DNA of 48,572 bases, taken from NCBI GenBank assembly GCA_964635935.1, contig CAZWNN010000001.1, forward strand, positions 1 through 48,572, read 5' to 3'. Both the position numbers and the translations under genes were made by a program. Positions 25,562 to 36,041 of the stretch are shown here, piece after piece (positions within the stretch are counted from its first letter, which is position 1; every line of letters begins with the position of its first letter). Under the pieces are notes generated by a model that worked only from the letters and a program-made list of their open reading frames with translations, made no database searches and was not told where the DNA came from. This DNA comes from Candidatus Woesearchaeota archaeon (GTDB lineage: Archaea > Nanobdellota > Nanobdellia > Pacearchaeales > GW2011-AR1).

Positions 25562-27460
25562 ATGCCAGAAACAAAAAAACCCAGCTACTCAGCAAAAGAT
25601 ATCAAGGTACTTGAAGGTCTCACAGCAGTCAGAAAACGCCCCTCAATGTACATAGGAAGCACAGACAAGTACGGATTACACCACATGGTCTATGAAGTTG
25701 TGGACAATTCTGTAGATGAGTGCCTCGCAGGAGTCTGCACACAAATCAAAGTCACAATTAACAAAGACAATTCTGTAACTGTTGAAGACAACGGACGAGG
25801 AATGCCTGTAGACATGCATCCTATTTACAAAAAACCTGCAATGGAATTAATAATTACAACCCTGCACGCAGGAGGAAAATTTGACAACAAAGCCTACGCA
25901 GTTTCAGGTGGTTTGCACGGAGTCGGAATCTCAGTAGTTGCAGCCCTGTCAAAAAAAATGACAGCAGAAGTAAAAAAAGACGGGAAAATTCACACACAAT
26001 CTTACAAAATAGGAAAACCAGAAGCAAAAATAAAAATAATCGGCAAATGCGAAAAACAAGAAACAGGAACAACAGTAACTTTTATGCCAGACAGCGAAAT
26101 CTTTCCAAAAATAGATTTTGACTACAACACCTTAGCAACACGATTTAGAGAAACCTGCTTTCTCAATGCAGGATTAAAAATAATTTTCAAAGACGAGCGA
26201 ACAGGCAAAAAAGAAGAATTCCACTATGCCGGCGGATTAGTTGAATTTGTAAAATGGCTAAACAAAACAAGAACACCCCTTCACAAACCAGTCTACTTCA
26301 AAAAACAGCACCAAGACACAATAGCTGAAGTTGCAATCCAGTATTCAGACTCTTACAATGAAAACATCCACGGATTTGTAAACACAATCAACACAGTTGA
26401 AGGAGGCACCCATGTCTCAGGATTTAAGACTGCTTTAACTCGGGTAATCAACGACTATGCAACAAAAAAAGCAATCATCAAAAAAGAAAAACTCCAGGGC
26501 GACGATGTTAGAGAAGGACTTACAGCAATTATCGCCTTAAGAATGAAAGAACCCCAGTTCGAAGGTCAGACAAAAACAAAATTAGGAAACAGCGAAATAA
26601 AAGGACTGGTAGACTCAATTGTCACAACAGCTCTGTCAGAATTTTTCGAAGAAAACCCCGCAATAGCAAACATAATTTCAAAAAAAGCAGCAGCAGCTCT
26701 AACAGCAAGAGAAGCAGCAAAAAAAGCAAAAGAACTTGTCAGAAGAAAAAACGCCCTCGGTGGTGCAGGACTTCCAGGAAAATTAGCAGACTGCTCCTCA
26801 AAAAAGAAAGACAAAACAGAACTATATATTGTCGAAGGTCAGTCAGCAGGAGGAACAGCAAAAGGAGCACGAGACAAAGAATTTCAAGCAATCCTCCCTC
26901 TAAAAGGAAAAATCCTCAATGTAGAAAAATCAAACCCAAGCAAAGCACTTTCAAGCGAAGAAATCGCAAACCTTCTCCAGGCAATTGGAACAGGAGTCGG
27001 CGACAGCTTTGACATAGAAAAACTCAGATACAACAAAGTCATAATCATGACAGACGCAGATGTCGACGGCCAGCACATCAAGACTCTATTACTAACCCTC
27101 TTCTTCAGATATGTCCCACAACTAATTGAAGCAGGAAATATCTTTGTAGCCGTAGCCCCTTTATTCAAAATAAGAAAAGCAGGAAAAGATAATTATGTTT
27201 ATTCAGAAGAAGAACTCAAAAAAACATTAGCGAAATTAGGGGGGAGCACAGAAGTTAGCAGATTCAAAGGTCTCGGAGAAATGAACGACAACCAGCTCTG
27301 GGACACAACCATGAACCCCAAAACCAGAATAATGAAGCAGGTTTCAATAGAAGACGCAGTTGAAGCAGATGAAACCTTCTCAATCCTAATGGGTGATGCT
27401 GTAGCTCCGAGGAGGCAGTTTATTGAGGAGAATGCTAAATTTGCCGAGGTGGACTTGTGA
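25562..27460 (+). CDS. gyrB: DNA gyrase subunit B
   Basis: GLEAVRKRPSMYIGST-like start, GGLHGVG, the EGQSAGG toprim motif and PLKGKILNVEK. No intein. Confidence 0.95.
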   Translation: MPETKKPSYSAKDIKVLEGLTAVRKRPSMYIGSTDKYGLHHMVYEVVDNSVDECLAGVCTQIKVTINKDNSVTVEDNGRGMPVDMHPIYKKPAMELIITTLHAGGKFDNKAYAVSGGLHGVGISVVAALSKKMTAEVKKDGKIHTQSYKIGKPEAKIKIIGKCEKQETGTTVTFMPDSEIFPKIDFDYNTLATRFRETCFLNAGLKIIFKDERTGKKEEFHYAGGLVEFVKWLNKTRTPLHKPVYFKKQHQDTIAEVAIQYSDSYNENIHGFVNTINTVEGGTHVSGFKTALTRVINDYATKKAIIKKEKLQGDDVREGLTAIIALRMKEPQFEGQTKTKLGNSEIKGLVDSIVTTALSEFFEENPAIANIISKKAAAALTAREAAKKAKELVRRKNALGGAGLPGKLADCSSKKKDKTELYIVEGQSAGGTAKGARDKEFQAILPLKGKILNVEKSNPSKALSSEEIANLLQAIGTGVGDSFDIEKLRYNKVIIMTDADVDGQHIKTLLLTLFFRYVPQLIEAGNIFVAVAPLFKIRKAGKDNYVYSEEELKKTLAKLGGSTEVSRFKGLGEMNDNQLWDTTMNPKTRIMKQVSIEDAVEADETFSILMGDAVAPRRQFIEENAKFAEVDL

Positions 27461-28077
27461 TGGCAAAAAAAATTTATCTAGTGGGTGGAAGAGTCTCAAG
27501 TGGAGGATTAAGAGAGATAGATACAAAAGCTTTAGAAGAAAGTGAAAACAAAAAAATCTTTGTCATAAATCTAACTACAAATGATCAAGAGATATTAAAA
27601 GAAAAAAGAGAACGTCATAAAAAATATTTTGAAAGTTTAGGAGCAGAAGTGACTTTTATTTCAGACCTCCTCGACAATCCAGAACAAATTAAAGAAAACT
27701 TAAATAATTCTGGATTGCTGTATATATCTGGAGGAGATACAGAGATACTAATCAAAAACGTAGGGGAAATGGAGCTTGGGCCATTAATAAAAAACTTTAA
27801 TGGGATTATAGAAGGGAATAGTGCAGGAGCTTATCTTCTTTGTAATGAACATGTAGAAAAAAGAGAAGCAAAACTAAAGCCAGGATTAGGATTAGTAAAC
27901 TTAAGACTTAAAGTTCATTATAATCCAGAACTTGATTCACTTCTTTTAGAATTATCAAAAGACAAAGAGATACACGCAATTTCAGAAAATTGTGCAATTG
28001 TTTGGGATAACAAAGAGCTAAACTTTATCGGAGATATTTATTTATTCTCTAATGGAAAAAAGGAGAAGATAAATTAA
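27457..28077 (+). CDS. Peptidase S51 (dipeptidase E/cyanophycinase-like) family protein
   Basis: LYISGGDTEIL and GNSAGA motifs. ATGA overlap with the gyrB stop. Confidence 0.55.
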   Translation: MMAKKIYLVGGRVSSGGLREIDTKALEESENKKIFVINLTTNDQEILKEKRERHKKYFESLGAEVTFISDLLDNPEQIKENLNNSGLLYISGGDTEILIKNVGEMELGPLIKNFNGIIEGNSAGAYLLCNEHVEKREAKLKPGLGLVNLRLKVHYNPELDSLLLELSKDKEIHAISENCAIVWDNKELNFIGDIYLFSNGKKEKIN

Positions 28078-28078
28078 A

Positions 28079-28726
28079 ATGAATAAACAATTTTTCGAAA
28101 AATTGAAAGAAAAAATACAACCTTATTTTGAAAAAGGTGGAAGCCATGCTTTTGATCATACAGAGAGGGTATATAATCTTTCCTTACATTTAGCTAAAGG
28201 AAAAAAAGTTGATTTAGATGTTTTGAAAACAGCAGTTCTTTTACATGATATTGCAAGAAAAAAACAGGATGAGTGTAACGGAAAGATTTGTCATGCTGAA
28301 GAGGGAGCAAGGATTGCTAAGGAAATATTAGATAAATCTAATTTCCAAAAAAATAAAATAAATGAAGTGTTACATGCAATTGAATCTCACCGCCAAAGTA
28401 GAGGAGCCGATCCTGAAACAGAAGAAGCTAAAATATTGAGTGATGCTGATAAACTTGACGCATTAGGTGCTATTACTATTGGACGAATTTTTTCAACAGG
28501 AGGAAAAATAGACAGACCTCTTTACGATCCAAGAATTCCTCCGGAAAAAGATTATAAAAATAAGGGTTATTCTAACACTACCATAAATGGCTTTTATCAA
28601 AAATTATTAAAGCTCAAACCAGAAAATTTCCACACTAAAGAAGCCAAAAGATTAGCAGAAGGAAGATATAGGTTTGTAGAAGAATTTTTAGATAGATTCT
28701 TGAAAGAATGGGAGGGAAAAGCATGA
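28079..28726 (+). CDS. HD-domain phosphohydrolase
   Basis: HAFDHTERV...LLHDIAR...DADKLDALG are HD superfamily motifs. Confidence 0.75.
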   Translation: MNKQFFEKLKEKIQPYFEKGGSHAFDHTERVYNLSLHLAKGKKVDLDVLKTAVLLHDIARKKQDECNGKICHAEEGARIAKEILDKSNFQKNKINEVLHAIESHRQSRGADPETEEAKILSDADKLDALGAITIGRIFSTGGKIDRPLYDPRIPPEKDYKNKGYSNTTINGFYQKLLKLKPENFHTKEAKRLAEGRYRFVEEFLDRFLKEWEGKA

Positions 28727-29139
28727 AACCCAAAAAACAAAAAACCCCGCTAAGAAGACCCCGCCCCAAAATAACAAGCATCTACTTCTGCCCGCGTTGC
28801 AGAAGCAAAGATGTAGGATACACATTCGCACTTAGAAACCTATTCGGAGTCATCCCAACAATCTCTTGTAGAAAATGCAACTTCAAAAATACAACATTTC
28901 CACAGCTGGTAGTTACAGAAAAAAAACTCAAACAACTTGAAGAGAAAATGAAAAAATCAAACAAAGCTAAACCAAAACCCAAAACAAAAAAGAAACTCCT
29001 ATGCCCAGAATGCTGGTCAGATAATATTGTTCCAGGAGATAACTGGAGTGGGCAATCACCAATGAGATGCAAAAAGTGCGGTTACAGCGGAACAAACTTC
29101 CTAGATGTTGAAACTAAAAAGAAGAGGAAGAAAACATGA
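28708..29139 (+). CDS. Double zinc-ribbon protein
   Basis: CPRCRS...CRKCNF and CPECWS...CKKCGY are two CxxC pairs. Confidence 0.5.
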   Translation: MGGKSMKPKKQKTPLRRPRPKITSIYFCPRCRSKDVGYTFALRNLFGVIPTISCRKCNFKNTTFPQLVVTEKKLKQLEEKMKKSNKAKPKPKTKKKLLCPECWSDNIVPGDNWSGQSPMRCKKCGYSGTNFLDVETKKKRKKT

Positions 29140-29618
29140 AAAAAGTAGTAATAGTCCACGGTTGGGGAGGAGCTCCAGAATCAGAAGCTTGGAACCCCTG
29201 GCTTAGAAAAGAATTAGAAATTAAGGATTTTGAACTCATAGCCCCGGCAATGCCAAACACAGATGAGCCCGAAATAAGCTCATGGATTAATAAATTAAAA
29301 CAGACAATTCCAACCCCAGATGAAGATACTTGCTTTATCGGACACAGCATAGGATGTCAGGCAATTTTAAGATATTTAGAAACTCTTGATTTAGAGGTTA
29401 AAATTGCCAAAGTTATTTTAATAGCTCCATGGATGCACTTAGATGAAAAAACAATTGAAGAAGAAGGAGAAGAAGTAAAAGAGATAGCGAAACCCCGGAT
29501 GGAAACTCCAATAAATTGGGAAAAAGTAAAAGCTCACTGCAAAAAATTCCTTTGTATATTTTCAGATAAAGACCCCTATGTTCCTTTATCAGATTCCGAG
29601 ATGTCAAAAAAGAACTAA
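29136..29618 (+). CDS. YdeN/RBBP9-like alpha/beta serine hydrolase, interrupted (0-frame part)
   Basis: VVIVHGWGG and GHSIGC form the nucleophile elbow. The 0 frame stops two codons after an A_AAA_AAG heptamer. The -1 frame continues ELNAEIIIKNNEEHF...EFIEK to a TGA at 29702-29704 that forms an ATGA overlap with the next gene. Confidence 0.65.
   Translation: MKKVVIVHGWGGAPESEAWNPWLRKELEIKDFELIAPAMPNTDEPEISSWINKLKQTIPTPDEDTCFIGHSIGCQAILRYLETLDLEVKIAKVILIAPWMHLDEKTIEEEGEEVKEIAKPRMETPINWEKVKAHCKKFLCIFSDKDPYVPLSDSEMSKKN
29606..29612 (+). promoter_or_regulatory. A_AAA_AAG slippery heptamer (candidate -1 frameshift site, or a homopolymer indel)
   Basis: It lies in the 0 frame as tcA AAA AAG AAC TAA. 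Slipping by -1 gives ..S K K E L N A E.. and restores the conserved C-terminus containing a His (EEHF). Confidence 0.4.
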
Positions 29619-29700
29619 ATGCAGAGATAATAATTAAAAATAATGAAGAACATTTCAATGATACTCAAGAAATTAAAGAAATTGTGGAGTTTATAGAAAA

Positions 29701-30336
29701 ATGACCCCAGAACAGAAAAATTTAAAAACTAAGGAAGATTATAATAATTGTAATAACAGAGGGCGTAGGGAGCAATCCCTACCAACCCAGTTAATTCTTC
29801 CTGAGAGATTGATGATTTTTATTGATGGTGAGAATTTATTTAAATTTCAAAAAGAGGAAAAAATTGTTATAGGTTTTGAGAACCTTATAAGCTTTTTAAG
29901 TAATAAATATAATTTAATTAGGGTTTATTATTATACTGGAATTCCTAGTGAAAAATCATGGGATAAAAACAAGGAATCTAAGAAAGAATTTATTAAAAAA
30001 TTAAATAAGCAACTTAATTTTTTAGATAGTCTGGAATTTAATTATAATTTTGAAGTAATTAAGAAACCCCTTGTATTTAGAGGAAATAAATTAATTGAAA
30101 AAGGTGTAGATGTAAGAATAGCGTCAGATATAATTTGGCACGGCTTGTCAGATAATTATGATTCTTTTGTTTTAATATCAGGAGACAAGGATTTAATGGA
30201 TTGCTTAATTAGAATGAAAGATAATGGGAAAAAAGTAATTATTGCTAATTTTGAAGGAAAGATAAGTAGAGAATTAAAAAAAATAGCAGATAAATATATT
30301 AATCTTTCAGAAAATTTAGAGGAAATTAAAAAATGA
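29701..30336 (+). CDS. NYN-domain (LabA-like) predicted RNase
   Basis: LMIFIDGENL, GVDVRIASDI and FVLISGDKDL are NYN/PIN-like acidic motifs. Confidence 0.7.
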   Translation: MTPEQKNLKTKEDYNNCNNRGRREQSLPTQLILPERLMIFIDGENLFKFQKEEKIVIGFENLISFLSNKYNLIRVYYYTGIPSEKSWDKNKESKKEFIKKLNKQLNFLDSLEFNYNFEVIKKPLVFRGNKLIEKGVDVRIASDIIWHGLSDNYDSFVLISGDKDLMDCLIRMKDNGKKVIIANFEGKISRELKKIADKYINLSENLEEIKK

Positions 30337-31325
30337 CCCCTAAAAAGCAAAGAAAATATAAATGTGCTTGTTGTGGAAAGAAAACATTAGATTCAAAAGA
30401 ATGTGAAATTTGTGAAAGGTGTAATTGGCAAAGCGATGCTGTACAAGAAGATGATCCTACTTTTGAAGGTGGGGCAAATGAAACCTCCTTAAACGGGGCA
30501 CGAAAAAGGCTACTGGTAAGAGAGAAATTAGAAGAATACATCAATGGAAAAATTAGTTTAAAAGAACTTCAAGAATGGGAAATAGAAATGTGGCGGAAAG
30601 ATTTTGAACCCGATGATTGGGAAGGCGACGAATCTTTTACCAATGAAGTTTTACATCTTATTGATATGAGTGATATTGATGGACTTTCTATTGATAAATC
30701 AAAAGCAATTGTTAAATTGCTTAAATTAAACGAAACTTCAAAAGTTCTTATTGGAAAATTATATAAACTCGAAAAAATGGAAAATAAAAAAAAGAAAGCG
30801 ATACTCCCAGAAATGGATGGAAGTGAATTAGACATTGATCTAATAGGAGATTTCTATCATGAAGAAAGTTGGTTAGGACAAGCAATACACCACTTTTTCT
30901 TTTATAAGGGAAAGAAGGAAGACGTTCAAAAACAATTAGTTCATATGGAAGAATTTCTTAAGAAAGTCAAAAAATCCGAGATGTCAAAAAAGAAAAAAGA
31001 AGAATTGATTGAGTATATTGGAAGAATGACTAAAATTGCAAGAGCTATAGTGAATAAAGATAAAATTAGAGATATTTTTAACAAGTATGATCCAGCAGGA
31101 ATTTATTTTGGAAAAAATGAAAATCCTGATGAGTATGATTCAGAAATAAAACAATTGCTCTTAAGATTAAAAAATATATATAATCTCTCAGATATGGAAA
31201 AAGAGTTAATGAAAATATTGAATGATATGTTTTGGAAGGGAATGATTAAAGATAAAAAAAGATTTGATTCTTTAGCTAAAGAATTATATAAACTTTTATG
31301 TAAACAAGAGGTTAATCTAAAATGA
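30333..31325 (+). CDS. CPCC-type cysteine-rich domain protein with an uncharacterised C-terminal domain
   Basis: CACCGKKTL...[12 protein letters not shown]...[18 protein letters not shown] matches the Cys-rich CPCC domain pattern. Confidence 0.55.
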   Translation: MTPKKQRKYKCACCGKKTLDSKECEICERCNWQSDAVQEDDPTFEGGANETSLNGARKRLLVREKLEEYINGKISLKELQEWEIEMWRKDFEPDDWEGDESFTNEVLHLIDMSDIDGLSIDKSKAIVKLLKLNETSKVLIGKLYKLEKMENKKKKAILPEMDGSELDIDLIGDFYHEESWLGQAIHHFFFYKGKKEDVQKQLVHMEEFLKKVKKSEMSKKKKEELIEYIGRMTKIARAIVNKDKIRDIFNKYDPAGIYFGKNENPDEYDSEIKQLLLRLKNIYNLSDMEKELMKILNDMFWKGMIKDKKRFDSLAKELYKLLCKQEVNLK

Positions 31326-34300
31326 CCCCAGAAGACGACATCAAACGAGCAGAAGAACTATCTAAAAAGAAAGAAGAAATGAAATCAAACATCCAAGCTA
31401 AAGAGCTAATTGACACTGAAATATCTGGGGAAATGCGAAAAGCCTACATAGATTATGCTATGTCTGTAATTGTCTCCAGAGCCCTTCCAGCTGCTGAGGA
31501 CGGGCTAAAACCAGTGCATAGGAGAATTCTCTGGGCAATGCACCAAATGGGTTTGCAATCAAATAAGCAGACAAAAAAATCAGCAAGAATTGTTGGAGAC
31601 ACAATGGGTAAGTTTCACCCACACGGAGATATAGCCCTCTACGATTCCTTAGTAAGAATGGCTCAAGACTTCTCTCTTCGATACCCTCTTGTAAAAGGCC
31701 AAGGTAACTTCGGCTCAATGGATGGCGACCCACCAGCAGCAATGAGATACTGTGTTTCAGGGGATAGTCTAATTGTAACGGAAAATGGATTACAAAGAAT
31801 TGATAAAATTTCTAATCAAGAAGATATAAAATTGAAAATATTAAGCAAAGATAAAAAAATACACAGTGCTTCTAAATGGTTTGATTCTGGAAAACATGAG
31901 ACAATAAAAATTACAACAAATAAAGGATACGAACTAACTGGTTCTAAAAATCATCCTGTTTTAACTTTAACAAAAGATTATTTTGGAAAACCAATTTTTA
32001 TGTGGAAATTATTAGAACAAATACAAGAAGAAGATACTGTTGTAATAGACAGAAGAGAAGATAATTTCTGGCCATCAAATGAAATTAAGCTAAATAATTT
32101 TTTCCCAAAAATAAAAAACAAAATAACAAAGAAAAGAATCTTGCCTTTAAAATTAAATTCAGACCTATCCTTTATTTTAGGACTCCTAATTTCAGAAGGC
32201 TCAATCACAAAAAACAAATTAGAGTTTTGTAATTCAGATAAAACTTTAATAAAAGAATTTGAAGAAAAATGGAGGAAACTTTTCCCAGATTCAACACTTC
32301 ATAAGTTCAAAAGAAAACCATCTTCATACGGGAAAAAAGAATATTACAGATTAGAGTGTCATTGCAGATATACTTTAGAGTTCTTAAGAAATATTGGTTT
32401 AAAGGATGTTAAATCAAATAAAAAAGAAATTCCTAACTTAATTCTTCAATCACCAAAACAAGTTGGTTCTTCATTTCTAAGTGCTTATTTTGAAGGAGAT
32501 GGAAGTATCTCTTATTCTGGAAAAATGATAGAATTAAGTTGTTGCTCTAAAAGTGAGGAATTAATAAAACAACTTCAAACAAGCCTGTTAAGATTTGGTA
32601 TTGATACATTCAAAAGATTTGATAAATATAGAAATATTAATAAGTTATATTTAAGGGGACAAAAAAATAGATTAAGATTTTACAAAGAAATTAATTTTGT
32701 ATCAGAAAGAAAAAAGAAAGTATTAGAATTTGTCCTTCTAAATTGTAAAAAACAATCAACATCAACAGATTTTGTTCCTTTTATTTCTGATTTTATCAGG
32801 AATCTTTCACATTCAGAATTCATTATTAAAAATAATTTTGATAGATATTCAAATATGAAAGAAAATTATCAAAAGGTTTGTTTAGTACTTAATAGAAAAA
32901 TAGGTATTAACTATTCACAAATGTTTGAGTACTTTCTAAATTATAATTACTTATTTGAGCCAGTTGTTAAAAAAGAAAATGTAGGAATTCAAAAAGTCTA
33001 CTCTATTAAAGTAGAAAGTAACTGCCATACTTTTATTTCAAACGGATTCATTAGCCATAACACCGAAGCAAAACTCTCAAAAATCTCAGAAGAACTTCTC
33101 CAAGACATTCAAAAGAAAACAGTCAAGATGCGCCCAAACTTTGACAACACAATGGAAGAACCAGAACTACTTCCAGGCAAACTTCCTAACTTACTTCTAA
33201 ACGGCTCTTCAGGAATTGCAGTAGGAATGACTACCAACATGCCTCCACACAACATCAATAATGTCTGCGACGCAATCACTGCTTTCATAGACAACCCAAA
33301 AATAGAAATCACAAAACTAATTCAAAAAATCCAAGCACCTGACTTTCCAACAGGAGGGTCTGTGTCCGGAGAAATCAAAGAATTATATGAACTAGGAAAA
33401 GGCAGATTAGTAATGCGTGGAAAAATAAAAATAGAAGAACCAAAAAAAGCATCAGGCAAAACAAGAATAGTAATCACAGAAATTCCCTACCAAGTTAACA
33501 AAGCACAACTAGTCGAGCAAATAGCATACTTAGTAAAAGACAGAAAACTCCCTGATGTCTCAGACCTAAGAGATGAATCTGCAAAAGGAAAAGTCCGCAT
33601 AGTAATAGTTCTTAGAAAAGGAGCAGATGCAAAATTCACAACAAACAGACTCTTCCAATACACCAAACTTCAAAACAGATTTGACGCAGTAATGGTTGCT
33701 CTCGTAAATACACAGCCTCGCCAACTTAACTTAAAACAAATAATTGAAACCTATGTCCTTCACAGAAGAAAAGTAATCAGAAAAAGAACAGAGTTCGAAC
33801 TTGACAAAGCAGAAAAACGCCTCCATATTGTAGAAGGTCTTCTCATCGCCCAAAAAAACATCGACGAAATAATCAAACTAATTAAAAAATCAAGAGGAGC
33901 AACAGAAGCTTCCCAGATATTGCAAACAAAATTCAAACTATCTATAAAACAAGCTCAGGCAATCTTAGAAATTAAATTACAGCAACTAACATCTCTTGAA
34001 CATGAAAAACTCAAAAAAGAAGAAAAAGAATTAAAAGAACTAATAAAACAACTAAAACAAATTCTAGGAAATGAAAATGAGATCCTAAGAATAATTAAAA
34101 AAGATTTATCAGAATTAAAAAGAAACTACGGCGACGAAAGACAAACAACAATCCAAGGTTCAGTAAAACAACTTGAAGAAAAAGATTTAGTAAGCAAAAA
34201 AGATGTTGTAATCACAATCACAGACAAAGGTTATGTAAAAAGAATTGACCAGCAGCAATACAGAGAGCAAAATCGCGGAGGCAGAGGAGTCAAAGGAACA

Positions 34301-35134
34301 GAACTTGCAACAGGCGACTTTGTCAAAGAACTCCTGCCTTGTTCAACTCACGACTATCTTCTCTTCTTTACAGACAAAGGAAAAGTCCACTGGCTCAAAG
34401 CCTACCAAGTTCCAGCAATCTCCAAATACGGAAAAGGAAAAGCCCTAATCAACCTACTTCAATTAAGAGATGAAATAGTAACCTCAGTAATTGCAGTAAA
34501 GAAATTTGAAGATTATCTTCTGATGGCAACAAAAAACGGAATAGTAAAAAAAATCGAACTCTCCCAATTTGACAAACCAAGAAAAGGCGGAATAAAAGCA
34601 ATCAATCTCGAAGGAAAAAACGACACACTAATATCTGTAAAGCCAATTCAGGAAAACCAGGAAGTTTTGCTCGTAACAAAACAAGGACAAGCAATTAGAT
34701 TTAATTCCAAAGAAGTAAGGCCAATAGGAAGAGCAGGCTACGGAGTTACAGGAATAAAACTAGCAAAAACAGACCAAGTCGTCTCCCTCGAAGTCCTAAC
34801 ACCTGGATACTCTGTATTAACAATCACAAAAAACGGATATGGAAAAAGAAGTAAAATACAAGATTACAGATTAACAGCAAGAGCAGGCAAAGGAGTTATC
34901 AACATCAAAATCTCAGCAAAAAACGGCGAAGTCATAAAATCCCAGTGTGTTAAAGACAACGACACAATCATAGTCACAACAACCAAAGGAATAGTAATCA
35001 GAACATCTACAAAAAATATAAGAATAATGGGAAGAGCAACACAAGGTGTAAGAATAATTAAGTTACAACAAGGTGATTCTGTGGGGGATTTAGTTAGAGT
35101 AAAATTTGTCGATGAAGATTCAGACAAAAATTAA
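31322..35134 (+). CDS. gyrA: DNA gyrase subunit A, interrupted by an intein
   Basis: Extein motifs: [24 protein letters not shown]|..|TEAKL and C-terminal beta-pinwheel repeats. 1270 aa against about 830 expected. Confidence 0.95.
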   Translation: MTPEDDIKRAEELSKKKEEMKSNIQAKELIDTEISGEMRKAYIDYAMSVIVSRALPAAEDGLKPVHRRILWAMHQMGLQSNKQTKKSARIVGDTMGKFHPHGDIALYDSLVRMAQDFSLRYPLVKGQGNFGSMDGDPPAAMRYCVSGDSLIVTENGLQRIDKISNQEDIKLKILSKDKKIHSASKWFDSGKHETIKITTNKGYELTGSKNHPVLTLTKDYFGKPIFMWKLLEQIQEEDTVVIDRREDNFWPSNEIKLNNFFPKIKNKITKKRILPLKLNSDLSFILGLLISEGSITKNKLEFCNSDKTLIKEFEEKWRKLFPDSTLHKFKRKPSSYGKKEYYRLECHCRYTLEFLRNIGLKDVKSNKKEIPNLILQSPKQVGSSFLSAYFEGDGSISYSGKMIELSCCSKSEELIKQLQTSLLRFGIDTFKRFDKYRNINKLYLRGQKNRLRFYKEINFVSERKKKVLEFVLLNCKKQSTSTDFVPFISDFIRNLSHSEFIIKNNFDRYSNMKENYQKVCLVLNRKIGINYSQMFEYFLNYNYLFEPVVKKENVGIQKVYSIKVESNCHTFISNGFISHNTEAKLSKISEELLQDIQKKTVKMRPNFDNTMEEPELLPGKLPNLLLNGSSGIAVGMTTNMPPHNINNVCDAITAFIDNPKIEITKLIQKIQAPDFPTGGSVSGEIKELYELGKGRLVMRGKIKIEEPKKASGKTRIVITEIPYQVNKAQLVEQIAYLVKDRKLPDVSDLRDESAKGKVRIVIVLRKGADAKFTTNRLFQYTKLQNRFDAVMVALVNTQPRQLNLKQIIETYVLHRRKVIRKRTEFELDKAEKRLHIVEGLLIAQKNIDEIIKLIKKSRGATEASQILQTKFKLSIKQAQAILEIKLQQLTSLEHEKLKKEEKELKELIKQLKQILGNENEILRIIKKDLSELKRNYGDERQTTIQGSVKQLEEKDLVSKKDVVITITDKGYVKRIDQQQYREQNRGGRGVKGTELATGDFVKELLPCSTHDYLLFFTDKGKVHWLKAYQVPAISKYGKGKALINLLQLRDEIVTSVIAVKKFEDYLLMATKNGIVKKIELSQFDKPRKGGIKAINLEGKNDTLISVKPIQENQEVLLVTKQGQAIRFNSKEVRPIGRAGYGVTGIKLAKTDQVVSLEVLTPGYSVLTITKNGYGKRSKIQDYRLTARAGKGVINIKISAKNGEVIKSQCVKDNDTIIVTTTKGIVIRTSTKNIRIMGRATQGVRIIKLQQGDSVGDLVRVKFVDEDSDKN
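31751..33061 (+). mobile_element. GyrA intein (437 aa) with a LAGLIDADG homing endonuclease domain
   Basis: Begins CVSGDSLIV immediately after AAMRY and ends FISHN immediately before TEAKL. Two LAGLIDADG motifs: [13 protein letters not shown] and [13 protein letters not shown]. Confidence 0.9.
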
Positions 35135-35212
35135 TCCTAAATATCCCTGAACCTGAATTTGAGCTGGATTCTTAAGCAAAGACTTATAAATAAACTATTT
35201 CTACATCCTACT

Positions 35213-35761
35213 ATGTCATTGCAAGAGTACTTAGAAGATCTCAAAGCTAGGTCAACCTCTATTGATTTAGGTGAATATGACCCAAGAAAACTACCTCTAG
35301 ACAGAAGAAGCTGCGGATTTATGGGAGAGTATGTAGTTCTCGGAGCAGAACCAGATGATCCAATAGCTAGAGAAAAGTCTAGAGAAGTTATGGTTAGATT
35401 TTATGAAGATCTTAAAAAAAGACCAGATAATATTCAAGAATGTATAGTATATGCTGAATCTTTGGCAGAGCATTTTTACTACGAACAAGCAGAAGTCCTT
35501 TTTGGCTACGCCCTCTCAACAGATTCTGAAAACCCCCGCGTTCATCACTTATTAGCTAGAAATCATATAAATTGGGCTCAATTATGCAGAAGAAAAAGAA
35601 CCATAGCACATAAGCATCTCACTTTAGCAAAAGAACTTGGAATAAGAGGATTAGAAATAACCGAAAGAAATTCTCAGAGATTAGTCGAAGATGTTTTAGA
35701 TGCAGCCACTAATTTAGAAGATGGTGATACAGTTAGAGAGTATGGAAAAATGTTGTACTAA
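35213..35761 (+). CDS. Hypothetical protein
   Basis: Track ORF 35159..35761 uses TTG. The ATG at 35213 lies about 25 nt downstream of a CTTATAAATAA box. Confidence 0.45.
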   Translation: MSLQEYLEDLKARSTSIDLGEYDPRKLPLDRRSCGFMGEYVVLGAEPDDPIAREKSREVMVRFYEDLKKRPDNIQECIVYAESLAEHFYYEQAEVLFGYALSTDSENPRVHHLLARNHINWAQLCRRKRTIAHKHLTLAKELGIRGLEITERNSQRLVEDVLDAATNLEDGDTVREYGKMLY

Positions 35762-35813
35762 AAAAGATGTTTCTTAAGCAAAGGTTTAAAAGTGGAAAAT
35801 AATGAGTTGTTAG

Positions 35814-36041
35814 ATGAATAATGCAATAAGAGAACTTAAAAAGGCCTATGAAGATTACACAGAAAATACCATAAATTATGATCAATTATGTGAAATAGCT
35901 ATTGAAATCTCAGAAAAAGAGCCATCAGATTCAGATTTGCAAGAAGTAGTTGGAGAAATTCTTCAACACCATACAACCGAGGATATGGGCGAAGGAGCGA
36001 TTAGTGATTCAGAAAAAAGAATCGAACATCTACTTTACTAA
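35814..36041 (+). CDS. Hypothetical small acidic protein
   Basis: 75-aa ORF. Its upstream region shares TTCTTAAGCAAAG with the promoter region of the preceding gene. Its 3' end overlaps cassette 1 convergently. Confidence 0.4.
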   Translation: MNNAIRELKKAYEDYTENTINYDQLCEIAIEISEKEPSDSDLQEVVGEILQHHTTEDMGEGAISDSEKRIEHLLY

